Source: Chryseosolibacter sp.
Lineage (GTDB): Bacteria > Bacteroidota > Bacteroidia > Cytophagales > Cyclobacteriaceae
Assembly (NCBI GenBank): GCA_036402075.1
Contig: DASWTP010000141.1
Span: 2,357-66,356 of the forward strand
Reading direction: 5' to 3'
DNA: 64,000 nucleotides
This document shows, one piece after another, positions 47,618 to 57,627 of the stretch. Within the stretch, counting starts at the first letter, position 1. The number at the start of each line of letters is the position of its first letter. Under the pieces are notes generated by a model. It worked only from the letters and a program-made list of their open reading frames with translations, searched no databases and was not told the origin of the DNA. The translations under genes and the position numbers were made by a program.

Positions 47618-48629
47618 TTAGGACCATCGCATCAAAATCCTCTCCACTTTTTAAGAACCCAATTTCAATCGGGATATAGAACCAGGCAACATCTCCGAGA
47701 TGGCTCTCAAAAGGCTTTCCTTTTAGTTTCGCAGCATCCTTCTCGGAGGTTATCACGTAAGCTCCTTCGCGTTTTGCAAGCGCTGCAATCTGGTCAACCT
47801 CGCCAGTCGTGTAATAGTGATGATCGCTGTATTCAAAGTGCTGCACGAGCTTGAAGTTCTGCTCTACATATTGCTTCAGGCTGTTAGCGTTGGAGAGTCC
47901 TGTAACGAGTACAACTTTGTTATCAGCAGGCGCGTTGGTTTTGCCGAACGGCTCCGGAGCACCATAATGAATGGTTGTAAAAAATACAGGTTTGCCAGTA
48001 TAATTATGAATTTTGCTCTCGATGGCAATCATTTCATCTTCGCTCAAATGTTCAGGACATTTTGTTACGACCACTACGTCAGCACGTTTTGCTCCGGCTT
48101 TCGATTCTCGGAGTCGGCCAGCAGGCAGCAACCAGTCGTCAAAGAATAAATTGCCATAGACTGTAAGCAGAATCTGGAACGTTGGCTTGACTCTTCGGTG
48201 CTGGAACGCATCATCAAGGATAATCGTATCGACTTCCGGAAATTCCTGTAGGATATTCGTTATGGCAAGTGCGCGCTCCTCGCCCACCGTCACCTTTACG
48301 TTGTGCCGGAACTTGGAGTAAAACTGGAACGGCTCATCCCCAATGGTTTCTGCAGAATCACCGGCACCCGCAATTCTGAAGCCCTTCGTTTTGCGCTTAT
48401 AGCCACGACTTAGGGTGGCAACGTTTCGGCTACTGCCAAGAAGGCGGATCAGGTGCTCTACCATGGGCGTTTTTCCAGTACCACCCACCGCCAGGTTGCC
48501 CACCGAGATTACGGGAATATCAAAAGAAGCTGATGGCCTTATTGAAAGGTCGTACAGCCTGTTGCGAACACTGGTGACTGCATCGTACACAACAGCGAAG
48601 GGAAACAAAATGGCGCTTGCAACTTTCAT
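47598..48629 (-). CDS. lpxK: Tetraacyldisaccharide 4'-kinase
   Basis: SVGNLAVGGTGKTP, LSRGY, GDEP, LDDAFQHR, LPAGRLRE, DHH and SEKDA.K motifs. Confidence 0.96.
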   Translation of the reverse strand: MKVASAILFPFAVVYDAVTSVRNRLYDLSIRPSASFDIPVISVGNLAVGGTGKTPMVEHLIRLLGSSRNVATLSRGYKRKTKGFRIAGAGDSAETIGDEPFQFYSKFRHNVKVTVGEERALAITNILQEFPEVDTIILDDAFQHRRVKPTFQILLTVYGNLFFDDWLLPAGRLRESKAGAKRADVVVVTKCPEHLSEDEMIAIESKIHNYTGKPVFFTTIHYGAPEPFGKTNAPADNKVVLVTGLSNANSLKQYVEQNFKLVQHFEYSDHHYYTTGEVDQIAALAKREGAYVITSEKDAAKLKGKPFESHLGDVAWFYIPIEIGFLKSGEDFDAMVLNAVAHA

Positions 48630-48762
48630 TTAAAGCGCAAAAATGATCAGGATTTAAACAACAGCCAACCGCAACCCAGCCTTTTCTAAGAAACTTTCAA
48701 CTTTTAAGCGGGTCGAACTGGTTTAATAACGTGCTTAGGTTAAATTTCGGTTGTTCTCATTT

Positions 48763-49866
48763 ATGGCCGATTTGCTTATCCGACATGTTACGGATGTCCT
48801 CGAAACCTGGGCACCGAAATCGCTCCAGGAATCATACGACAACTGCGGACTCCTAACTGGCAACTCCAACGACCCCGTCACCGGAATCCTTGTTACCCTT
48901 GACTGCACCGAAGAAGTGGTGGATGAAGCGATTGCGTCTGGGTCTAACCTGATTGTTGCTCATCATCCGATTATATTTAAAGGCCTTAAGAAGTTGACGG
49001 GTGTCAATTACATAGAACGGACGATTATCAAGGCGATAAGAAACCACATCGCGATTTACGCCATCCACACAAACCTTGACAATGTCATTTCGGGGGTGAA
49101 TCGTAAAATTTGCGAAAAAATCGGGCTGGAGAATGTGAGCATCCTGGTTCCTAAAACCGACACGCTAAACAAGCTTGTGACCTTCATCCCAAAGGCTCAT
49201 ACCGAGCAGGTTCTTGCTGCCCTTCACGAGTCTGGTGCCGGGCAAATTGGCAATTACAAACACTGTAGTTTCCGCGTGGAAGGTACGGGCACATTTATGC
49301 CAAATGCTGTAGCCAACCCGGCCATCGGGACGGCCGGAAAGCAGGAGTATGTGAGTGAAGACCGGGTGGAAGTCATTTTCCCGAAGCACCTGGAACGGCA
49401 GCTGATCGCAAGTCTCCGCAAAGCTCATCCCTATGAAGAAGTAGCCTATTACCTTACAAGCTTAACCAATGAAAATCAAGAAGTTGGATCTGGCATGATA
49501 GGCGAATTGCCAGAAGCTGTGGAACCAAAAGAATTTTTGCTGCGTTTGAAAAAACGTATGGATTTAGGGTTAATCCGACACACTCGATTGTTAGACAAAC
49601 CTGTCAAAAAAGTTGCCGTTTGTGGTGGGGCGGGTAGTTTTCTGCTTCCACAGGCCATCCGGGCGGGCGCCCAGGTCTATGTTTCTGCTGATTTCAAGTA
49701 TCACGAATTCTTTGACGCGGAAAACCGCATCACAATAGCCGATATTGGGCACTATGAGAGCGAAGTCTACACGAAAGAACTTTTGCAAGAGGTTTTAAGG
49801 AAAAAATTTCCTACTTTTGCGATCAATTTTTCAAGAACCGTTACGAATCCAATAAGTTACTTGTAA
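48763..49866 (+). CDS. Nif3-like (YbgI/DUF34) dinuclear metal protein with PII-like insert
   Basis: YDNCGL, AHHP, IHTNLD, HPYEEVA and GHYESE motifs. Confidence 0.95.
   Translation: MADLLIRHVTDVLETWAPKSLQESYDNCGLLTGNSNDPVTGILVTLDCTEEVVDEAIASGSNLIVAHHPIIFKGLKKLTGVNYIERTIIKAIRNHIAIYAIHTNLDNVISGVNRKICEKIGLENVSILVPKTDTLNKLVTFIPKAHTEQVLAALHESGAGQIGNYKHCSFRVEGTGTFMPNAVANPAIGTAGKQEYVSEDRVEVIFPKHLERQLIASLRKAHPYEEVAYYLTSLTNENQEVGSGMIGELPEAVEPKEFLLRLKKRMDLGLIRHTRLLDKPVKKVAVCGGAGSFLLPQAIRAGAQVYVSADFKYHEFFDAENRITIADIGHYESEVYTKELLQEVLRKKFPTFAINFSRTVTNPISYL
49812..49819 (+). promoter_or_regulatory. Bacteroidota primary-sigma -7 element (TAnnTTTG) upstream of the coiled-coil gene
   Basis: TACTTTTG inside the nif3 3' end, 50 nt before ATG 49870. 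Confidence 0.4.
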
Positions 49867-49869
49867 ATA

Positions 49870-50673
49870 ATGGAAAATCAATCAATTGCACAGAAACTCG
49901 AAGCGTTAGTTAAACTCCAGTCCATTGACTCTAAGATAGATGAGCTTAAGAAGTTGAGAGGCGACCTTCCGGATGAGGTTCAGGACCTGGAAGACGAGAT
50001 CGAGGGTTACAAAACCCGCCTGCAGCGCCACGAATCTGAGCAAAAGGATCTTGACGAAAACATCAAAAAGAATAAAGAAGGCATCAAAGAGGCTGAAAAG
50101 CTGATCAAGAAATACACAGAGCAGCAGAAAAACGTTCGTAACAACCGTGAGTTCGATGCCATCACCAAAGAAATAGAGCTCCAGGAACTTGAAATCCAGA
50201 TCTGCGAAAAGCGGATCAAAGAAGCCAAAGATCTGATCCAGGCTAAAAAGGACGAGATCGAAAAGACAAACACCCTCATTAAAGAACGCGGTGATCATCT
50301 TGAAAATAAGAAAAAGGAACTCGATGACATCATGACCGAGAGCCAGGAAGAGGAGAAAAAGCTTCTTGGAGACCGCGAAAAAGCCACCAAAAAGATTGAA
50401 GATAAACTCCTGAAATACTACGAGCGCCTTCGCGGAAGCCTGTCAAATGGCTTAGCTGTGGTGCGGGTAGTCCGCGGTGCGGCAGAAGGGTGTAACATCG
50501 TGATCCCTCCTCAGAAAATTGCCGAGATCAGGGAAAAGAAAAAGATTGTGATTGATGAGCATTCAGGCCGTATCTTAGCGGATGTTGACATGGACTCATT
50601 GGATGAAGGAGACAAGCCAAAAACAGCCAAGGCTCCTGCACCCGCTACTACACGCAGAAGAAAAGTTGAATAA
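49870..50673 (+). CDS. Coiled-coil / C4 zinc-ribbon (CT398/DUF164-like) protein with degenerate Zn ligands
   Basis: LQSIDSKID, NNREFDAI.KEIE, IPPQ and EHSGRIL motifs; follows nif3 as is typical. Confidence 0.9.
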   Translation: MENQSIAQKLEALVKLQSIDSKIDELKKLRGDLPDEVQDLEDEIEGYKTRLQRHESEQKDLDENIKKNKEGIKEAEKLIKKYTEQQKNVRNNREFDAITKEIELQELEIQICEKRIKEAKDLIQAKKDEIEKTNTLIKERGDHLENKKKELDDIMTESQEEEKKLLGDREKATKKIEDKLLKYYERLRGSLSNGLAVVRVVRGAAEGCNIVIPPQKIAEIREKKKIVIDEHSGRILADVDMDSLDEGDKPKTAKAPAPATTRRRKVE

Positions 50674-52120
50674 ACACGATCTCATATTATTTAGAAAGGC
50701 AGGCTTTTTAGCTTGCCTTTTTTGTTTGTCTATCATTCAGGGCGGACGTGCCCAGTTTTTGAAATTCAGCGAGCCCGCGCAACGCGGATACCGCCTGGCA
50801 TTAAACTTTGAATTTGAAAATGCGAGAAAAGCATTAGCCGGCTCCCAGACGATCGATAGCCGATACGTTTCATCCATAAACGAAGTACTCGAGCTCCTGC
50901 TTACGGAGGACCCTGCCCTTTTCACTTTGTATGAGGAGCGATTTGAAAATCGGTTGTTTCGAAACCCAAAGACGAACGATGAGAAATTTCTTCTGGCAGA
51001 AATCAACCTGCAGTGGGCATTTGTCTACTTGAAATTCGGTCATGAACTTGACGCTGCCTCTCACTTTCGCGATGCCTACAAAATTGCCATGGAATGCAGG
51101 CGAAAGGCACCCTCCTATTTACCGATTCGTAAAACTACCGGTATGCTGGAAGTGATGGTGGGTGCTGTACCTGAGAAATACACCTGGATCATGGACCTGT
51201 TCGGAATTCACGGTTCCATAAAAAACGGACTGAACGACCTCGATCTGATCGGAGCATCCAATGAACCTGTTGCTGCCGAATCCAAACTTATTAAAGCGCT
51301 CATTGAAGGGTATGTTCTGCAACAACCTTCGAAGGCAGCCACTGATCTTCACCAAATGATGCAGACACAGCAATCTCACTCTCTTGCCCTGAGTGCAGCT
51401 TCACTTTATATCAAATCTGCACAGAGCGAAAAAGCTCTTGAGCTGCTAAAGGGTGTAAGGCAATCAAATGCGCTTGCCGATTATTTCCTCGGAGAAGTTT
51501 TACTTCACAAAGGACAGTATCACGATGCGATTGAATCCTATCAACGTTATATCGCTCGTTATAAGGGAACTAATAATCTCAAAGACGCATGGTTCAAAAC
51601 GGGCATCTGTTTTCGACTCCTGGGCAACACTACCGCTGCAGACAGTATTTTTGCCATTGCGAGGGAGAAAGGAAATGATATTATTGAAGCAGATCGATCT
51701 GCCGCAAAAACGATGGCTGCAGAAACACCTCCGAACATTGTGCTGACGAAGGCCCGATATTCAACCGATGGTGGTTACTACGATGAAGCCCGTGCTGCAC
51801 TTTCCAATATTTCGGATGTCGATTTACCGTTGAAGCGTGACAGGGTGGAATACTATTACAGAAAGGCGAGACTTGAGCACGGAACGAAACACATGGACGC
51901 GGCAAAGATCTTTTACCAGCAAGTAATCGATATGGCTGGCAACGAGCCCTGGTATTTCGCTCCCAACTCGTGTTTGCAGATGGGCTATCTTTTGGTTGAT
52001 GAAAAGGATGAGGCACGCGCAAAGGAATACTTTAAGAAAGCGCTTGGCTACAAGAATCATGAATATAAGAACAGCATCGACAGCAAAGCGAAAACAGCGC
52101 TTAATCGACTGAAGAAGTGA
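50666..52120 (+). CDS. Tetratricopeptide-repeat exported protein
   Basis: Probable TTG start at 50666 overlapping the upstream stop; signal-like segment; TPR-like helices (ADYFLGEV..A...Y). Confidence 0.78.
   Translation: MNKHDLILFRKAGFLACLFCLSIIQGGRAQFLKFSEPAQRGYRLALNFEFENARKALAGSQTIDSRYVSSINEVLELLLTEDPALFTLYEERFENRLFRNPKTNDEKFLLAEINLQWAFVYLKFGHELDAASHFRDAYKIAMECRRKAPSYLPIRKTTGMLEVMVGAVPEKYTWIMDLFGIHGSIKNGLNDLDLIGASNEPVAAESKLIKALIEGYVLQQPSKAATDLHQMMQTQQSHSLALSAASLYIKSAQSEKALELLKGVRQSNALADYFLGEVLLHKGQYHDAIESYQRYIARYKGTNNLKDAWFKTGICFRLLGNTTAADSIFAIAREKGNDIIEADRSAAKTMAAETPPNIVLTKARYSTDGGYYDEARAALSNISDVDLPLKRDRVEYYYRKARLEHGTKHMDAAKIFYQQVIDMAGNEPWYFAPNSCLQMGYLLVDEKDEARAKEYFKKALGYKNHEYKNSIDSKAKTALNRLKK
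50695..50723 (+). terminator. Intrinsic terminator-like hairpin after the zinc-ribbon gene
   Basis: AAAGGCAGGCT-TTTT-AGCTTGCCTTT-TTT. Confidence 0.7.
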
Positions 52121-52336
52121 AAACGCATTGCGCATCATCGCCTATCGAGCCATTGTGGTAAAAAACGAATTGCTATCCTACAATTTCCTTTCGCAGAGCA
52201 GCCGATCCGGAATACCTGAACATTTGATGCAAGAGCTAAGCTTGTCAGGGAAATTCCACAGTTTTCTTCACCACTATGACGTTAAAGGCGCGATGTTTCT
52301 TGGTGTGTGATTTAGAACTTCAATGCTTGGCGCAAT

Positions 52337-52954
52337 TTACTTAGCCAAATGTCGTGTGTCGTTGTATCGCTCTACGGAGAATGTTGAGCCATTATAATTC
52401 AGCACGTAAAGGCAGAGGTTCTGGTGCTCGAACATATCCATAGACTGCAGCGGGTAGTTCAGCAGGTAACAAAGGATGATTCGGATAGCGCGGCCATGCA
52501 TACAAACCAGGATCGTTTTCTCATGCTCCTGCTTCAAGATGTGGTCAACGGCAGGTTTCATGCGCTCCACCACTTCTTTTGGGCTTTCCCCTCCTTCGAT
52601 CCGCAAATCGACATTGCCTTTTTGCCATTCCTTTAACATGTGGTGGTAGTACTCATCTTCAGATGGAGTTACTTTGTGACCTTCTTTCGTTCCCCAGCTG
52701 ATCTCGTTAAGTCCGGCAAGTGCTTCTGCAGGAATACCCAGGTCGATAAAACGTTGGACGGATTGCTGGCTTCGTTTCAGCGCTGACGTATAAACTTTGT
52801 CAAACTTGACGTGCTGGTAGGCGTCAAAAAAAGCCTTGGCCTGCTTTCGCCCGGTGTCGTTGAGGTCGGTGTCAACACCACTTCCCTGCACGATGTTTTG
52901 GAGGTTGTAATCCGTCTGGCCGTGGCGGACTAGGTAAACTTTTTTGGTTATCAA
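52337..52954 (-). CDS. Histidine phosphatase (phosphoglycerate mutase-like) family protein
   Basis: LVRHGQTDYN, S.LKRSQQ, LNEISWG, GGES and HG motifs. TTG start at 52954. Confidence 0.9.
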   Translation of the reverse strand: MITKKVYLVRHGQTDYNLQNIVQGSGVDTDLNDTGRKQAKAFFDAYQHVKFDKVYTSALKRSQQSVQRFIDLGIPAEALAGLNEISWGTKEGHKVTPSEDEYYHHMLKEWQKGNVDLRIEGGESPKEVVERMKPAVDHILKQEHEKTILVCMHGRAIRIILCYLLNYPLQSMDMFEHQNLCLYVLNYNGSTFSVERYNDTRHLAK

Positions 52955-53039
52955 TTTTGCGTTATTTTGGCCCCTCCAACCCAAAGGCGAGCTCCTCAGC
53001 TGGTCTGGGAAGGCGCAAAAATAACAGTCCGGAACAACA

Positions 53040-53468
53040 ATGGGCGTTTTCAATAAATATATTTCCCTGGAATCCCTTAACAAGCTGTCTAAGAATACGA
53101 TGGCTGAGCAACTGGGGATTGAATTTACAGCGATTGGTGAGGACTACCTGGAGGCAAAAATGCCCGTGGATGCCCGAACCCATCAGCCCTTTGGGTTGTT
53201 ACATGGAGGTGCCTCGGTAGCCCTTGCGGAAACCATGGGAAGCGTGGCCGCCCATTTTTGCGTTGATATCCATACTCAATTTTGTGTGGGACTTGACATT
53301 AACGCAAACCATATACGCGGTGTAAAGGAAGGCTTTGTTTATGGAACCACGCGACCGATTCACATCGGAAAGAAAACGCAGGTTTGGGAGATTAAAATTG
53401 TTAATGAGAAAAAAGAGTTGGTATGCATTAGCCGGATAACCATGGCCGTGCTGGATAAAAAGAACTAA
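53040..53468 (+). CDS. menI: Hotdog-fold DHNA-CoA thioesterase
   Basis: QPFGLLHGGASVALAET and INANH motifs; first gene of the men operon. Confidence 0.88.
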   Translation: MGVFNKYISLESLNKLSKNTMAEQLGIEFTAIGEDYLEAKMPVDARTHQPFGLLHGGASVALAETMGSVAAHFCVDIHTQFCVGLDINANHIRGVKEGFVYGTTRPIHIGKKTQVWEIKIVNEKKELVCISRITMAVLDKKN

Positions 53469-53486
53469 ACCCCAGGGATACGTTAG

Positions 53487-54668
53487 ATGAACGCGACAAC
53501 TTCAGTTTCAATCACTCCGCAAACGGAAACTGAAATCCTAAATTTTCTCCTCGCTCATGCGCTGGAGAACGAACAACCCATCGCTGTATGGCGACTTCCC
53601 TTTTCCACCATCACTTACGTAGTTATTTCCGACAAATACGAAACCATTGCCAAGAATTCTGCCATTGAAGACCTGGCACCGGGATTCATGTTCGCCCCAT
53701 TCGATCGTGAGAAAGATGCGATTTTCCTTCCCGCCAATTTCATCTTCTCATTTGAAGGCAAGCAACTCCGCGAAGCAAAGACCCCGTTGGAGACAACCTC
53801 GTCCTTGTGGCTCGCTGAGTCCTTTAAACCTGGTCGCAAACCGATAGTAAAAACAGCCGCCAGGCAACCAGCGGGCCCATTCGCAAATTTTAATGACCTG
53901 GTAAAGAAAGCGGTTGCCGCAATTCAGCAGAACGAGTTCGAGAAAGTTGTTCCATCCCGTACCAAGTCTATTCCGCTTGCGGAAAACTTCGATATCGTGG
54001 ATTCATTTCAAAAACTCTCGGCCGCTTATGCCACTGCACTGATCTCATTTGTGAGCGTTCCGGGAGTAGGTCACTGGCTTGGGGCAACACCGGAAACCCT
54101 GGTAACGGTCGAAGGCAAAAACATCTTTAAGACAGTGGCTCTTGCAGGAACGCTTCCTTATAAAGAGGGAATGAACCTCAAGCAGGTAGCTTGGACTGAA
54201 AAGGAAATCGAAGAGCAGGCACTGGTTGAACGCTACGTGATCAGCTGCTTCAAAAAGATCCGTCTTCGCGAATATGAAGAGCACGGTCCGAAGTCGATGG
54301 TAGCTGGAAATTTGGTTCACCTCAAATCCGAATTTGTGGTGGATATGGCCGCTACGAATTTTCCACAGCTGGGCACCGTGATGCTCCAGCTTCTGCACCC
54401 AACGTCTGCGGTATGCGGAATGCCGCTGGAACCAGCCTTAAAATTCCTGAACGCCAATGAAGGCTATGACCGCGAATTTTATGCTGGATACCTCGGGCCA
54501 GTCAACATTCAAAATAACATTCACCTGTTTGTGAACCTGCGATGCATGAAACTAATGGACGGTGAAGCACGCCTTTTTGCCGGTGCGGGCGTAACCGTTG
54601 ACTCGGAACCAGAGAAGGAGATGAACGAAACGGAGATGAAATTCAGAACGTTGCTCAACATTCTCTGA
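53487..54668 (+). CDS. menF: Isochorismate synthase
   Basis: KVVPSR, GATPE, ALAGT, LHPTSAVCG, FVNLRC, AGAGV and ETEMK motifs. Confidence 0.9.
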   Translation: MNATTSVSITPQTETEILNFLLAHALENEQPIAVWRLPFSTITYVVISDKYETIAKNSAIEDLAPGFMFAPFDREKDAIFLPANFIFSFEGKQLREAKTPLETTSSLWLAESFKPGRKPIVKTAARQPAGPFANFNDLVKKAVAAIQQNEFEKVVPSRTKSIPLAENFDIVDSFQKLSAAYATALISFVSVPGVGHWLGATPETLVTVEGKNIFKTVALAGTLPYKEGMNLKQVAWTEKEIEEQALVERYVISCFKKIRLREYEEHGPKSMVAGNLVHLKSEFVVDMAATNFPQLGTVMLQLLHPTSAVCGMPLEPALKFLNANEGYDREFYAGYLGPVNIQNNIHLFVNLRCMKLMDGEARLFAGAGVTVDSEPEKEMNETEMKFRTLLNIL

Positions 54669-54669
54669 C

Positions 54670-56397
54670 ATGCGATTTCAAGCCATCTATGATATCGCAG
54701 CCGTGTGTTCAAAAAAAGGAATCACGGACTCCATTCTATCACCCGGCTCCCGCTGCGCCCCGCTCACACTTGCGTTTGTACGACATCCTGATATTCTTAC
54801 GCGCACAATCAGTGATGAACGGAGTGCTGGTTTTGTAGCGCTTGGCATCTCCCAGGAAAGTAAAAAACCAGTGGCCGTGGTTTGCACGTCAGGTACAGCC
54901 GTTTACAACCTCGCGCCTTCGGTAGCAGAAGCTTTCTTCAGCCAGACCCCGCTGATCCTCATCACGGCAGACAGACCTGCCGAATGGATCGCCCAGCATG
55001 ACGGGCAGACAATCTACCAGTCCGAAATTTTCGGAAAGCATGTAAAGAAATTCTACCAGCTTCCGCAAGACTACGATCATCCGGACAGTCTTTGGGCGAT
55101 TAACCGGATGGTGAACGAGGCGATCAACCTCGCGCAGCAGGAGCCAAAAGGTCCGGTCCACATAAACGCCCCGTTCCGTGAACCGCTTTACCCTGAAAGA
55201 GAGGAACAGATCAGTTTTAGTTCATCGATCCGCATCATTGACGAAACACAACCCTCATATGCTCTTCCAGAGGAGCTTAAAGAAATACTTACTAGTGAGT
55301 GGCAATCATACCACCATATTCTGATTGCCGCGGGACAGCAGGATCTTGCGCCTGACCTGGTGGAAATTCTGAATGGCTTCTTTAAACGTCATTCAATTCC
55401 GTTTGTGACGGACGTGATCTCAAATTTTCACGGTGTTGAAAAAGCGTTACGTTATGGGGATTTTTTTCTCGGCCAGGCCACTGAAGCAGTCAAAAAATCC
55501 CTGACGCCAGATCTGCTCATCACCTTCGGCCAGTCAATGATCTCCAAAAACGTCAAGTTGTTCCTGCGGAAATATGCTCCCAAGGCGCATTGGCATATTC
55601 AGCCTGCCGGCATAGTGACTGATCCATTCAAGAATGTAACGAACGTGATTCGCACAACCCCAGAGCAGTTCTTCGATCATCTTCGTCAGTTGCCCTCGCA
55701 CGAGAGCTTCGAAAACCAACGTCAGCATAACTTTACCAAGTTGTGGGAAATTGAAGAGCGAAGAGTGTCGAGAATTCTTGCTGATCATGTAAAGGAAAAC
55801 GTTCTCACGGAATTTAAGGTTGTGAATGAAGTTCTCTCTCTTCTGCCGGATTACTGCAACCTGCACCTGGCTAACAGCATGAGTGTGCGATACGCAAATT
55901 TTATTGGACTTGCAGCGGAGAAGAAAGGCATCCGGGTGTTTTCGAATCGGGGAACGAGCGGAATTGATGGCTGTACGAGTACAACTGTCGGCCAGTCTAT
56001 CAGCTCCGGGAAGCCCACGTTCCTGATTACCGGTGACGTGGCATTCTTTTACGACCGAAATGCATTTTGGCACAACTACTCCCTAAAAGATTTGAGAATT
56101 GTTCTTCTGAACAACCATGGTGGGTTGATCTTTAATATGATTGATGGTCCGGCTTCTCTTCCTGAATCGGGCGAGTATTTTGTGACGCGGCAGGCGTTGA
56201 ATGCGAAAAAACTCTGCGAAGAATTCGGTTTCGAACACCTACATCTTGATAGTCCAAAAAAAACGAAGAACTTGCTGAAAGATTTCTTCGAATTCGATGG
56301 AAAGGTGAAGATACTCGAAGTGACGTCCGAAGTCGAAGCCAACAAGCATTACTTTGAATCACTAAAAGCGAAAATCAAAAAAAGTTATGAGTTATAA
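54670..56397 (+). CDS. menD: SEPHCHC synthase
   Basis: [39 protein letters not shown] and NNHGG.IF motifs. Confidence 0.96.
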   Translation: MRFQAIYDIAAVCSKKGITDSILSPGSRCAPLTLAFVRHPDILTRTISDERSAGFVALGISQESKKPVAVVCTSGTAVYNLAPSVAEAFFSQTPLILITADRPAEWIAQHDGQTIYQSEIFGKHVKKFYQLPQDYDHPDSLWAINRMVNEAINLAQQEPKGPVHINAPFREPLYPEREEQISFSSSIRIIDETQPSYALPEELKEILTSEWQSYHHILIAAGQQDLAPDLVEILNGFFKRHSIPFVTDVISNFHGVEKALRYGDFFLGQATEAVKKSLTPDLLITFGQSMISKNVKLFLRKYAPKAHWHIQPAGIVTDPFKNVTNVIRTTPEQFFDHLRQLPSHESFENQRQHNFTKLWEIEERRVSRILADHVKENVLTEFKVVNEVLSLLPDYCNLHLANSMSVRYANFIGLAAEKKGIRVFSNRGTSGIDGCTSTTVGQSISSGKPTFLITGDVAFFYDRNAFWHNYSLKDLRIVLLNNHGGLIFNMIDGPASLPESGEYFVTRQALNAKKLCEEFGFEHLHLDSPKKTKNLLKDFFEFDGKVKILEVTSEVEANKHYFESLKAKIKKSYEL

Positions 56398-57211
56398 ATA
56401 TCCGTGGCAGCCTGTAAAAGAATATAAGGAGATTTTATTCCACAAATTCGAAGGTATTGCGCGCATCAGCATCAACAGACCGCATGTTCACAATGCTTTT
56501 ACACCGCTCACCGTAAAGGAAATGATCGATGCGATGAGCTTTTGCCGTGAAGACGCGGATATTCGTGCTGTGATCCTGACGGGCGAAGGTGGCAAAGCCT
56601 TTTGCAGTGGTGGTGATCAAAGTGTTCGGGGCCATGGTGGCTACGTGGGTGAAGACACGGTTCCGCGGTTGAATGTTCTCGACCTTCAGAAACTGATTCG
56701 ATCGATTCCAAAACCTGTGATCGCAGCGGTGGCAGGTTGGGCAATTGGCGGAGGTCACGTTCTCCACGTAGTTTGTGATCTGACGATCGCGGCAGAGAAT
56801 GCGCGCTTTGGCCAAACGGGGCCAAAAGTTGGAAGTTTCGATGGTGGATTTGGAGCTTCTTACCTGGCCCGAATCGTTGGCCAGAAAAAAGCGCGTGAGA
56901 TCTGGTTCCTGTGTGACCAGTACGATGCTAAGGAAGCGTTGGACATGGGGCTCGTTAATAAGGTTGTTCCACTCGAGATGCTGGAAGAAACCTATGTGGC
57001 GTGGGCGAAGAAAATCATTGCGAAGAGTCCACTCGCAATTCGTATGTTGAAGGCATCGTTCAATGCTGAACTTGACGGCCAGGCTGGAATCCAGGAGCTT
57101 GCCGGAAACGCTACACTCTTATATTATCTGAGTGATGAAGCAAAAGAAGGAAAGAATGCGTTCCTCGAAAAGCGCGATCCGGACTGGTCAAAATATCCAC
57201 AATTCCCATAA
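56387..57211 (+). CDS. menB: 1,4-dihydroxy-2-naphthoyl-CoA synthase
   Basis: [23 protein letters not shown] and [10 protein letters not shown] motifs. Confidence 0.97.
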   Translation: MSYKYPWQPVKEYKEILFHKFEGIARISINRPHVHNAFTPLTVKEMIDAMSFCREDADIRAVILTGEGGKAFCSGGDQSVRGHGGYVGEDTVPRLNVLDLQKLIRSIPKPVIAAVAGWAIGGGHVLHVVCDLTIAAENARFGQTGPKVGSFDGGFGASYLARIVGQKKAREIWFLCDQYDAKEALDMGLVNKVVPLEMLEETYVAWAKKIIAKSPLAIRMLKASFNAELDGQAGIQELAGNATLLYYLSDEAKEGKNAFLEKRDPDWSKYPQFP

Positions 57212-57216
57212 GCGAT

Positions 57217-57627
57217 ATGAGTCACGGCTCGATGCAAGTGCATGTCTTTCGCCTGAAGCCGCATGAAGACCTCAAGCTGGCCATCGTTGACTATGCAAAG
57301 ACACATGCGATCTCGGCTGGCATCATCCTGACGTGCGTTGGCAGCCTGGAAGAATACAACATTCGGTTTGCCAACGAAAAGGCTGGCAGAAAGCAGTGGG
57401 GATATTTTGAAATCGTATCACTCACGGGAACATTTTCTACGTTATCATCGCACCTGCATCTATCCGTCTCCGATTCCGATGGGAAAACGATTGGCGGACA
57501 TTTGCTGGACGGAAATCACATCTATACTACGGCTGAAATTGCCATTGGCGTTTTGCCGGAGCTGGTGTTCGAACGGGCGATCGATTCAACCTATGGATTT
57601 CCCGAACTCGTTGTGAAACCAAAATGA
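57217..57627 (+). CDS. PPC/DUF296 domain protein
   Basis: FRLKPHEDL, CVGSL, EIVSLTG, HLHLS, GGHL and TTAEI motifs. Confidence 0.9.
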   Translation: MSHGSMQVHVFRLKPHEDLKLAIVDYAKTHAISAGIILTCVGSLEEYNIRFANEKAGRKQWGYFEIVSLTGTFSTLSSHLHLSVSDSDGKTIGGHLLDGNHIYTTAEIAIGVLPELVFERAIDSTYGFPELVVKPK

